Shown piece by piece: positions 51,462 to 60,040 of a stretch of 64,000 bases of DNA. The first letter of the stretch is position 1, and every line of letters begins with the position of its first letter. Source of the DNA: Thermoplasmata archaeon. Lineage in GTDB: Archaea > Thermoplasmatota > E2 > UBA202 > JdFR-43. Made by a program: the position numbers and the translations under genes. Where the stretch lies: assembly GCA_021162065.1 (NCBI GenBank), contig JAGGZK010000017.1:23034-87033 (forward strand), written 5' to 3'. A model generated the notes under the pieces. The model was given only the letters and a program-made list of their open reading frames with translations. It was not told the origin of the DNA and did no database searches.

Positions 51462-51758
51462 TCACCCCATCAACTTTGCATTTATGGCGACAATGACGGT
51501 GCTCAACGACATGAGCAATGCTCCTACGGCGGGAGATATTATTATCCCCCACCCATATAAAACACCTGCTGCCAGTGGAATGGCGGCAACATCATATCCT
51601 GTCGCCCGTCCGAGATTCTGAAGCATTTTCCTGTATGTGAGGGCGCTGAATTCCATGAGAAGGGGGACATGCGATGGATTGTTGTCCACCAGAATTATAT
51701 CTGCTGTCTCTGCCGCTACATCCGGGAGGCAGAAGCCGGGCGCCTTTTCTCCATGCAT
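51462..51758 (-). pseudogene. C-terminal remnant (98 aa) of a heavy-metal P-type ATPase
   Basis: ADIILVDNNPSHVPLLMEFSALTYRKMLQNLGRATGYDVAAIPLAAGVLYGWGIIISPAVGALLMSLSTVIVAINAKLM lines up with the last two TM helices and the preceding loop of CopA-type ATPases. No upstream coding continuation exists; 159 nt of non-coding sequence lies before rfcS. Confidence 0.55.
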
Positions 51759-51917
51759 GCCTCAAAATTACGCCGTAATATTTAAAGTTAATGGGGTCAT
51801 ATGCCTTTGAACATTTCAGAAGAAAAAATTATAAAGGGTATCGCTTATTACCCTGAGGGGAATGGGGTTAACGAAACATTTTCTCCTCTTTGTTTCGCCT
51901 CCCCACCCCATTCCCCC

Positions 51918-52880
51918 TTATTCTTTTCCGCCCTTGCCCATGGCCACGAGATATGAAATCAACGCCTCCAGCTGGATTCTCTCGTTGCTTCCTTCCACCA
52001 TTCTGAACTCTATTTCTCCCATTCTGTCTATTATCTCCGCCTTTTTGATCTCCGGAATGGAAACATCGAAGATGGCGTTGTGCAATCCTCTTATTATATC
52101 CTCTCCAGAAAGCCCATCCTCCATGAACATCTCATCCAGCATTTCCCTTGCCCTCAGAAAATCTCCATGAAGGGCGGTTTCTATCAAATTCCTTGCCTTT
52201 TCCGGCCTCGCCACCGCCGCCATTTTATAGACGGCCTCCGCATCTATTCTCTTATTCAAACTTGCTGCCACCTGAAGAGCGTTTATGGCCCGCCTCATGT
52301 CTCCGGATGCCACATACAGCAGGGATTTCATTCCATCCTCTGTTATCTCCAGTCCCTCCCTCTCTGCTATTCTGGAAAGAAATTTGCTCATGTCCTCCTC
52401 GCTAAGGGGGGAGAAGCGGAAGACGACACATCTCGACTGTATGGGCTCTATTATCTTGCTGCTGTAGTTGCAGGATAAAATGAAGCGGCATGTGGCGGTG
52501 TATCTTTCCATTGTTCTCCTTAAAGCAGCCTGGGCATCGCTGGTTAAGGCATCCGCCTCATCAAGAAATATTATCTTGAAGGGAGCCCCCCCTATGGGCG
52601 CGGTTCTTGCAAAATTTTTTATTCTCCCTCTCACCACATCAAGGCCTCGTTCATCGCTTGCGTTCAACTCCTCAAAGTTCTCCCTCCAGGCATCGCCATA
52701 GAATTCTTTAGCAAGTGCTATCGCACACGTCGTTTTCCCAGTGCCCGCCGGTCCGGCAAAAAGCATGTGAGGTATGTTGCCCGATTTCACATACGCCTTT
52801 AAACTTTTCACCACATGCTCCTGCCCCACCACCTCATCCAGTTTTGAGGGGCGATATTTTTCCGTCCATATCTCCATCAT
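51918..52880 (-). CDS. rfcS: Replication factor C small subunit
   Basis: Walker A AGPAGTGKTT, DEAD-like FLDEAD and the SRC motif (EPIQSRC). 320 aa, no intein. Confidence 0.9.
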   Translation of the reverse strand: MMEIWTEKYRPSKLDEVVGQEHVVKSLKAYVKSGNIPHMLFAGPAGTGKTTCAIALAKEFYGDAWRENFEELNASDERGLDVVRGRIKNFARTAPIGGAPFKIIFLDEADALTSDAQAALRRTMERYTATCRFILSCNYSSKIIEPIQSRCVVFRFSPLSEEDMSKFLSRIAEREGLEITEDGMKSLLYVASGDMRRAINALQVAASLNKRIDAEAVYKMAAVARPEKARNLIETALHGDFLRAREMLDEMFMEDGLSGEDIIRGLHNAIFDVSIPEIKKAEIIDRMGEIEFRMVEGSNERIQLEALISYLVAMGKGGKE

Positions 52881-53164
52881 TGAACCGCCCTCTTTTTATA
52901 TTCCATCGTTGCATCCCTATCCAGACGGTGGTCTATCCTCAAATCTATGTGAATCCTCTTTGCCCCCATCTCCACCATGGCATCATGGGCTTTCTTTATG
53001 ACCTCAAATATTTCATCCAGCGTTTCCGCCTCCATGCTGGTGGACATGGCTCCCGTTTCATGATTCAGTCCGGATTCCCGTATTATCTCAATCGCCTTTC
53101 TCACATACCTGCTCACCGACGTGCCTTCCGAGGTGGGAAAGATGGCCAGCTCTGCTATAATCAT
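52877..53164 (-). CDS. MTH1187/YkoF-family (DUF77) small protein
   Basis: MIIAELAIFPTSEGTSVSRYVRKAIEII...EAETLDEIFEVIKKAHDAM fits the DUF77 ferredoxin-like pattern. Confidence 0.65.
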   Translation of the reverse strand: MIIAELAIFPTSEGTSVSRYVRKAIEIIRESGLNHETGAMSTSMEAETLDEIFEVIKKAHDAMVEMGAKRIHIDLRIDHRLDRDATMEYKKRAVQ

Positions 53165-53203
53165 GATTTTTAATAAAGGCGGGCTTTAAAAGTTTTGAGA
53201 TGG

Positions 53204-54751
53204 CTATTTTCTCCTCATCTCATCCTTTATGTAGGAAATCATTTTCAGGGGGTTTATGGTGTCCATGAAAAGATTCCAGTCCTCCTTCCTGAATTCCCTG
53301 AGAAGAATTAGAAAGGCAAGATATACAAGGAATGCAAGGAAGGAGAAGGCCGCCAGCTCGTACCATCTCTGGAGGGTGTAGAAATTGTTGAGGTAGGTCG
53401 TCACAAACCCCATGGCAAGGGCAGCCACCAGATGCTTCGCCACACTGACATTGAAGCCGGTGCCATCCATTTTATATATGACGATGCGAGTATATAAAAG
53501 ACCGGCGAGATACGCCACCACTGTGGCTATCGCCGCCCCGGTGCCAGCTAAGCCAGCAAGCTGGATGCCCACGCTTTTTATGTCCCTGGGGATGAGGAGG
53601 AGATTGAGTGCTATGTTTATAACCACCATGAGAAGCATCCTGTTTCTTGCAAAGGTTGGAAGGTCCATGCCGAGGAGGCGTGTCTGATACGGCCTCTCCA
53701 GCGCATCCAGCAGGGCAAAGAAGGGAAGAATCTGCATTATGGGGATGGCGGTGTAGAACTGCCGGGAGAGGAAAATGTATATTATGGGTTTTGCGAAGAA
53801 AATCATGAAGAAGACAATGGGCATTATTATCATGCTCATGTATCTCTCCGCCTTCACGGTCGTCTCCGCCATTTCTTTGCTTTTGTTTCCCGCATGCATG
53901 GCTGACATGGCAGGGAGGAGAAGCATCCCGAAGGCAACGGTAACATTATTTATGTATCTGGAAAATCTCACCACTGAAAAATAGTCCGCTCCCTGATCGT
54001 AACCCCAGAAAAGTTGTATGAGAACCTTGTCTATGTTGGTCATTATTATGAAGGAGACGGAGACGATGGAGAGGGGGATGGCGAATTTGATGTAGCTGGA
54101 AATATATTCCCTGCTGGGCTTTCCCACCGGCTCTCTGAAAAATATTATGGAAGAAATGAAAAAGGCGAAACCTCCTATCACGTAGGTATAAACGAGCCAT
54201 ATCACATCGTAGCCCATGAAAACGAAAAAGGAAGTGGAAAGCATCCTTGCAACCGCCTCCACGAAGAACGGAAACTGGGCGAGGGCTATTTCCATCTTTC
54301 CCCTGTAGGTGAGGGTGAAGTTTTTGGAGAGGGCAAGGAGAATGAAATAGGCAAGCATCACATATATGGCATTCTCCTGCATGCTCGTTTCAAATCCGCG
54401 ATGGAGCACATACTTCCATATCATAAGGGAGGCGGTCACAAAAAGAATCATGGAGAGGGTGAGAATGAGGCGCAGAGAAAAGAAGGTGCCATTGCATTTT
54501 GCTATATCCTTCCCTTCAGAAATCCTCTTTATGTGTGCCTGCGGTAGCCCCATGTTGGGTATGATGTTGAAGAGGGCAACAAATCCGTAGGCGAAACTTA
54601 TTATTCCAAGGGCAAACTTTGGAAGGGCATAATATCTGGCTATAAGAAAGAGGGTGAAGTAATTCAGCAACCCTGCAGAAAAGTTGGTTGCCATCACCAG
54701 CGCTGACTTACGGGCAATCACAAAGGGATAACATGCATCCTTTAAAAACAT
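53204..54751 (-). CDS. MOP-superfamily polysaccharide/oligosaccharide flippase (Wzx-like) membrane protein
   Basis: 515 aa with about 14 TM helices and a composition typical of polysaccharide-biosynthesis exporters. Confidence 0.55.
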   Translation of the reverse strand: MFLKDACYPFVIARKSALVMATNFSAGLLNYFTLFLIARYYALPKFALGIISFAYGFVALFNIIPNMGLPQAHIKRISEGKDIAKCNGTFFSLRLILTLSMILFVTASLMIWKYVLHRGFETSMQENAIYVMLAYFILLALSKNFTLTYRGKMEIALAQFPFFVEAVARMLSTSFFVFMGYDVIWLVYTYVIGGFAFFISSIIFFREPVGKPSREYISSYIKFAIPLSIVSVSFIIMTNIDKVLIQLFWGYDQGADYFSVVRFSRYINNVTVAFGMLLLPAMSAMHAGNKSKEMAETTVKAERYMSMIIMPIVFFMIFFAKPIIYIFLSRQFYTAIPIMQILPFFALLDALERPYQTRLLGMDLPTFARNRMLLMVVINIALNLLLIPRDIKSVGIQLAGLAGTGAAIATVVAYLAGLLYTRIVIYKMDGTGFNVSVAKHLVAALAMGFVTTYLNNFYTLQRWYELAAFSFLAFLVYLAFLILLREFRKEDWNLFMDTINPLKMISYIKDEMRRK

Positions 54752-54932
54752 ATGGAAATGTTATGGCTGCAGATAGAATTATCCTTCAAAATGTGAAGAA
54801 AATAGCCGGCAATATCATTTTTATCCGATGCCCAGATATTGAGCATTCATAACCTCCGAATTGCATTCATTTTCTTTCCATTTATTTAACCACAATCGCA
54901 AAAACTTAAAAGTTAAAATGCATTAGAGTGCA

Positions 54933-56303
54933 ATGGAAGGTATCAAATATTCCACCGTTACAGAAATATCCGGCCCGCTTATGATTGTGGAAGGAGTTAA
55001 GGAGGTGGGTTACGGGGAGATAGTCCACATAGAGACGGCCGAAGGAAAGAGGATGGGGCAGGTGCTGGAGGCAGCGGAAAACAAGGCGGTCATCCAGGTT
55101 TTTGAAGGAACGAGAGGGCTGGATACCAAGAACACCAGCGTGACCTTCACCGGAAAGCCCATGGAAATAGGCGTTTCCACGGAAATGCTGGGAAGAACCT
55201 TTGACGGCAAGGGAATGCCCATAGATGGGGCTCCCTCTCCAATTCCGGAGGACATAAGGAATGTGAACGGCGAACCCATGAATCCGTCAGCCAGAGAGTA
55301 CCCCCGTGACCCCATACAGACGGGCATTTCCACCATAGACGGGATGAACACCCTCGTTAGAGGGCAGAAGCTGCCAATATTCAGCGGCGCCGGTTTGCCC
55401 CATAATGAACTGGCCGCCCAGATAGCCAGGCAGGCAAAGGTGAGGGGACAGGGAGAAGAGTTTGCCGTCATATTCTGCGCCATGGGTATAACGGCGGAGG
55501 AGGCGGACTTCTTCATGCAGGATTTCGAGGAAACGGGGGCCATAGAGAGGAGCGTTCTGTTCCTCAACCTTGCCAACAGCCCCGTCATAGAACGCCTTAT
55601 CGCCCCTAAAGTGGCGCTCACCACAGCAGAGTATCTTGCCTTCGAAAAGGGCATGCATGTTCTTGTTATCCTGACAGATATGACAAACTATGCGGAGGCG
55701 TTGAGAGAGATATCTGCAGCGAGGGAGGAGGTGCCGGGAAGGCGCGGTTATCCTGGCTACATGTATACCGACCTTGCCCAGATATACGAAAGGGCGGGAA
55801 GAATACAGGGAAGGAAGGGGACCATCACCCAGATTCCAATTCTCACAATGCCGGATGATGATATAACTCATCCCATCCCGGATTTGACGGGATACATAAC
55901 AGAGGGTCAGATAGTGCTTTCCAGAGAACTTCACAATAAGGGTATATATCCACCCGTGGCTGTTCTGCCTTCCTTATCAAGATTGATGGCGGAGGGAATA
56001 GGAAAGGGAAGGACAAGGGAGGATCATCACCAGCTTTCCAATCAGCTCTATGCCGCCTACGCGGAGGGTTGTGATCTCCGTGACTTGGTGGCTGTGGTGG
56101 GAGAGGAGGCGCTGACGGAGAGGGACAAAAAATATCTGGAGTTTGCTGATGAGTTTGAAAATCGCTTCGTGAGGCAGGGAAGGGACGAGGATAGAACCTT
56201 CGAGGAGACGCTCAACCTTGGATGGGAACTTCTCTCCATGCTTCCGAAGGCGGAGTTGAAGAAGATTGATGACAAATACATAGAGAAGTATTACAGAGGA
56301 TAA
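54933..56303 (+). CDS. atpB: A/V-type ATP synthase subunit B
   Basis: 456 aa with a conserved regulatory-subunit sequence; recognised along its length, for example [18 protein letters not shown]. Confidence 0.95.
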   Translation: MEGIKYSTVTEISGPLMIVEGVKEVGYGEIVHIETAEGKRMGQVLEAAENKAVIQVFEGTRGLDTKNTSVTFTGKPMEIGVSTEMLGRTFDGKGMPIDGAPSPIPEDIRNVNGEPMNPSAREYPRDPIQTGISTIDGMNTLVRGQKLPIFSGAGLPHNELAAQIARQAKVRGQGEEFAVIFCAMGITAEEADFFMQDFEETGAIERSVLFLNLANSPVIERLIAPKVALTTAEYLAFEKGMHVLVILTDMTNYAEALREISAAREEVPGRRGYPGYMYTDLAQIYERAGRIQGRKGTITQIPILTMPDDDITHPIPDLTGYITEGQIVLSRELHNKGIYPPVAVLPSLSRLMAEGIGKGRTREDHHQLSNQLYAAYAEGCDLRDLVAVVGEEALTERDKKYLEFADEFENRFVRQGRDEDRTFEETLNLGWELLSMLPKAELKKIDDKYIEKYYRG

Positions 56304-56304
56304 A

Positions 56305-56940
56305 ATGGCCAAGGAAATAATGGAGGGGGTCACGCCCACAAGGATGGAACTGCTCCAGATAAGAAAGAGGAAGGCGCTGGCAGTTAAGGGACATCAGCTT
56401 CTTTCAGAAAAAAGAGACGCCCTCGTTTCCTCCTTCTTCGATTTGATAAAGAAAAGGAAAAAGGCAAGGGAGGAGATGGAGAAGGTGGTGGAGGAGGCAT
56501 ACAGGGCAATGATGATGGCAGAGATGGCCATGGGAGAGGAGAGAGTAAGGGACATGGCGGAGAAGATTGCGATGGAGAGGAAAGTGGAGGTGAAGGGGAA
56601 GAACATAATGGGCATAAACATTCCAGAATTCCATCTTGAGGCGGGGGAGATGCCTGAGTACAGCATGCTCTCCACCACCGCCCTCATGGACGAGGCGGTG
56701 TCCAAGGCCATGAAGATGCTCGACAGGGTTGTGGAGGTGGCATCCATAGAGGGCAGTGTGCAGATGCTGGGAAGGGAGATAGAGAAGACAAAGCGCAGAG
56801 TTAACGCTTTAGAATATATATTCATACCCCGCCTTCTCAACACCCTCACCTACATAGAGAGGCAGCTGGAGGAGAGGGAGAGGGAGGACTTCTTCAGGAG
56901 AAAGAGAATAAAGGCCCTGCTGGAGCAGCATGAAGATTGA
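56305..56940 (+). CDS. atpD: A/V-type ATP synthase subunit D
   Basis: 211 aa coiled-coil protein beginning TRMELLQIRKRKALAVKGHQLLSEKRDAL, immediately after atpB. Confidence 0.85.
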   Translation: MAKEIMEGVTPTRMELLQIRKRKALAVKGHQLLSEKRDALVSSFFDLIKKRKKAREEMEKVVEEAYRAMMMAEMAMGEERVRDMAEKIAMERKVEVKGKNIMGINIPEFHLEAGEMPEYSMLSTTALMDEAVSKAMKMLDRVVEVASIEGSVQMLGREIEKTKRRVNALEYIFIPRLLNTLTYIERQLEEREREDFFRRKRIKALLEQHED

Positions 56941-57082
56941 GGATGATGCCATACTGGGCGAATTCTTCGACACCCCTGAAAAGAAGGCCAGATGGATGCG
57001 CCGCCTTGCCTGGCTCTACATAATATGGATAATCTTCCTCATAGTGGGGCTGGGGATGGTGCTGATTTTCTATGTGTTTTAA
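56930..57082 (+). CDS. Hypothetical 50-aa membrane peptide overlapping the atpD stop
   Basis: MKIEDDAILGEFFDTPEKKARWMRRLAWLYIIWIIFLIVGLGMVLIFYVF has a single C-terminal TM helix. It is below the 60-aa ORF-track threshold. Confidence 0.25.
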   Translation: MKIEDDAILGEFFDTPEKKARWMRRLAWLYIIWIIFLIVGLGMVLIFYVF

Positions 57083-57125
57083 CTGCTCAACCCATTAAAA
57101 TTAAAATCCCGGCCGTTATACCATC

Positions 57126-58094
57126 ATGGCAAGGATATTTCTCACCAGAAGGCTACCGGAGGAGGGCATGAAGTTGCTGGAATCGCATGAGATGGAGGTG
57201 TATGAGGGCGATGCCCCTCCTTCAAAGGAGGAGATAATTGATGGAGTTCGGGGCAAAGATGTTCTCATATGTCTTCTCACCGATAAAATAGATGCTGAGG
57301 TCATGGATGCCTCTCCTCGCCTGAAAATAATAGCCAATTATGCGGTGGGTGTGGATAACATAGATATAGAGGAGGCCACCAGGAGGGGTATAGTGGTTAC
57401 CAACACTCCCGGAGTGCTTACGGAGACGGTGGCGGATTTAACCTGGGCTCTCATGCTGGCAATAGCAAGGAGGATTGTTGAAGGCGACGAGTTCACGAGG
57501 GCCGGGAAATTCAAGGGATGGGCCCCCCTGCTCATGCTGGGCGGAGATATACATGGCAAGACGCTGGGCATAATAGGGGCGGGGAGAATAGGGCAGGCTG
57601 TGGCGAGAAGGGCAAGGGGCTTTGACATGAAAGTTCTTTATTACAGCAGGGAAAGAAAAGAGGAGATGGAAAAGATGGGGGCGAAATATGTGGATATCCA
57701 CACACTCCTCAGGGAGTCAGATTTTGTTTCCCTCCATGTGCCTCTCACCCCGGAGACATATCACATGATAGGGGAGAAGGAGTTGAGAGAGATGAAGAGC
57801 AGTGCGTATCTGATAAACACCGCCAGGGGGAAGTGCATAGACGAAAGGGTGCTGGTGAGGGCGTTGAAGGAGGGATGGATTAGGGGGGCTGCCCTGGATG
57901 TATTTGAGAACGAGCCGGAAATAACGCCTGAGTTAAAGGAATTGAAGAATGTTGTCATCACACCCCACATTGGCTCAGCATCCTATGAAACGAGAAGCAG
58001 GATGGCGGTGATGGTGGCGGAAAATGTGCTTGCCGCTCTGGAGGGGAAAATGCCACCCAACTGCCTCAACCCGGAAGTGTTCAATAAAAAGTGA
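57126..58094 (+). CDS. gyaR: D-isomer-specific 2-hydroxyacid dehydrogenase (glyoxylate/hydroxypyruvate reductase-like)
   Basis: NAD-binding GIIGAGRIGQAVARRARGFDM, and a catalytic Arg/Glu/His arrangement (ARG...E...HIG). 322 aa. Confidence 0.8.
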   Translation: MARIFLTRRLPEEGMKLLESHEMEVYEGDAPPSKEEIIDGVRGKDVLICLLTDKIDAEVMDASPRLKIIANYAVGVDNIDIEEATRRGIVVTNTPGVLTETVADLTWALMLAIARRIVEGDEFTRAGKFKGWAPLLMLGGDIHGKTLGIIGAGRIGQAVARRARGFDMKVLYYSRERKEEMEKMGAKYVDIHTLLRESDFVSLHVPLTPETYHMIGEKELREMKSSAYLINTARGKCIDERVLVRALKEGWIRGAALDVFENEPEITPELKELKNVVITPHIGSASYETRSRMAVMVAENVLAALEGKMPPNCLNPEVFNKK

Positions 58095-58121
58095 AAGAAA
58101 TATATAGGAAATGGCATTTAT

Positions 58122-58781
58122 ATGCAAATGGTAGAAAATATATTCCTCAATCCGAATGAACCCAATCCAAATTTCATGGTTTATAAGGAGGAGGCGAGAA
58201 GAGTCATTCTGAAGGCACTGGGAGGTAAAAGTGAGTGCTTCTGGGTTCTGGGGAAAACCGGCATAGGGAAAACCACCTTCCTGCTGTGGATAAAGGAGTT
58301 TGGTCCCCTTTATAAGGTAAAGCCCATATATTTCCATGGGGGGGATGATTTGAAATTTGACGAGTTCAAAACAACGCTGGAGCATGAAACAAGGGCATCC
58401 TTCTTCTCCCGTGTGTTCCTGAGGAAGAAGTACATAGAGATTCCTGTGATACTGATGATAGATGATGTGGATTTTCTTAAGGACGATGACATCATAAAGT
58501 ATGTGGTGAGCAAACTGGACGAGGAAAAGATACATCTCTCCGTTGTGTTTGCCTCCGTGGACATGGTGGAGAAGGTGAGGGAGTATCTGAGAGGGAGGGA
58601 CATAGAGAAGATATTCCTGGAAATGCCTTCCCCTGAGGCCATAATGGAGATGATAAGGAAGAGAATAGAGGCGGGAGGCGGAGAGGACTTCCAGCCCTTC
58701 GGGAAGCAGCTGGTGAAGGATATTATAGAGTCATCCAGTACCGTGAGAGAGGTGCTCATAAAACTGCAGGAGGCGGCATGA
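58122..58781 (+). CDS. Truncated Orc1/Cdc6-like AAA+ ATPase (ATPase core only, no winged helix)
   Basis: Walker A GKTGIGKTT and Walker B ILMIDDVD are present. The N-terminus is like the Cdc6 lead-in (IFLNPNEPNPNFMVYKEEARRVILKAL). Only 219 aa. Confidence 0.4.
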   Translation: MQMVENIFLNPNEPNPNFMVYKEEARRVILKALGGKSECFWVLGKTGIGKTTFLLWIKEFGPLYKVKPIYFHGGDDLKFDEFKTTLEHETRASFFSRVFLRKKYIEIPVILMIDDVDFLKDDDIIKYVVSKLDEEKIHLSVVFASVDMVEKVREYLRGRDIEKIFLEMPSPEAIMEMIRKRIEAGGGEDFQPFGKQLVKDIIESSSTVREVLIKLQEAA

Positions 58782-59404
58782 TGAAAAAGAAAAAAATCCT
58801 TATTGCAGATGATGAGCCTGAGATTGTGGATATAGTTAGGAGGATGCTGGAGAGCGAGTATGAGGTGATTGCTGCATACGACGGAGAGGAGGCCTACAGA
58901 AAGGCAAAGGAGGAGAAGCCGGATCTAATATTGCTCGACATCCTCATGCCCAAGATGGACGGATGGGAAACATTGAAGAAAATAAAGAGCGATGAGGAAC
59001 TGAAGAACATACCCGTATCCATGCTCACAGCCCTGCCCCTGACGCCCGATGACACGAAGGACAAGCCGGTGGACAAGATAGAAAACTACATAGTCAAACC
59101 CTTCAACAGGACAACTCTCCTCAAAAAAATACAGGACATCTTTGAAAGGGAAGAGGAGGCAAGAAAGACTTATGAGGAAATCAAGAACGAGGTGGGCGAG
59201 GAGGAGGCGGAGGAATATCTGCGTCTGGTTAAAGCCATAAACAGGCACCGCCGCCTTATAGGCGTGATTCTGGACTCCGCCGCCGAGGAGTACAAGCAGT
59301 CGGTGAGAAATCTGATACTGAGCCAGAAGAGGTTGATTGAGACCATGAAGCAGAGGGCGGAGGAGCTGGAGAAATTAGTGAAGGAAAGAAAGAAGGAAGA
59401 ATAG
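58778..59404 (+). CDS. CheY-like response regulator (REC domain + C-terminal coiled coil, no DNA-binding domain)
   Basis: KILIADDEP, the phospho-acceptor in LILLDILMP, and YIVKPF are present. Start overlaps the upstream stop (ATGATGA). Confidence 0.8.
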   Translation: MMKKKKILIADDEPEIVDIVRRMLESEYEVIAAYDGEEAYRKAKEEKPDLILLDILMPKMDGWETLKKIKSDEELKNIPVSMLTALPLTPDDTKDKPVDKIENYIVKPFNRTTLLKKIQDIFEREEEARKTYEEIKNEVGEEEAEEYLRLVKAINRHRRLIGVILDSAAEEYKQSVRNLILSQKRLIETMKQRAEELEKLVKERKKEE

Positions 59405-60040
59405 GATATCCCCGAATACGTAGGATATGAAAAAGCCCAGGGACATGAAAAGCAGGAAGGGCATCTGAGGTGTGACCCATATTTTTCTATTGCCGGCCTT
59501 TTCAAAATTAAAATCCTTGACGGGCATTATTCCCCTGCTTCCATCGTTCCTTTCCATGCTCCACACAAAGGTTTTTTTTGCCTTTTCTGCCTCCATGCGA
59601 TAGCCGAAGAGGCACTGGGGAAATGAGATATCTTTTTTTGTTGCATTGTAGAGGAGAAAGAAGAGGGGGAGAAAGGCCACCAGCAGGAGAGAGTTTATCA
59701 GAAAGGTTAGAGGGAATACAAAGATGGGTGAGGAGAAGAAGGGAAAACCATAAAAGGAGGGCTGAAGGGGGGAAAGCAGGGCAATGCTCCACATGGCCTT
59801 CACATCCGCTCCCCCCATGCCAAAGACATAAAGGAGGAGGGCAAGGGGGAAGGCAATGGCAATGGAGATTGCCGTCTGCATGACATCGGGCCTTTCAATC
59901 AGAAGAAGTATTATGCCCGCTATGCCCATAATCAGCCATATTTTGTCGCTTGCTTCCCTTGTTTTTAAATCTGTGTAGGCAGCATAGCTTAGAAGGCAAA
60001 GGCCTATGACGAATCTCACCGCATCTATTGTCTCATTCAT
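59375..60040 (-). CDS. Archaeal prepilin/preflagellin peptidase (A24 family, FlaK/PibD-like)
   Basis: First catalytic Asp in AAYTDLKTREASDKIW and second in FGMGGADVKAMW (GxGD-like). About 6 TM helices. 221 aa. Confidence 0.7.
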   Translation of the reverse strand: MNETIDAVRFVIGLCLLSYAAYTDLKTREASDKIWLIMGIAGIILLLIERPDVMQTAISIAIAFPLALLLYVFGMGGADVKAMWSIALLSPLQPSFYGFPFFSSPIFVFPLTFLINSLLLVAFLPLFFLLYNATKKDISFPQCLFGYRMEAEKAKKTFVWSMERNDGSRGIMPVKDFNFEKAGNRKIWVTPQMPFLLFMSLGFFISYVFGDILFFLLSFLH

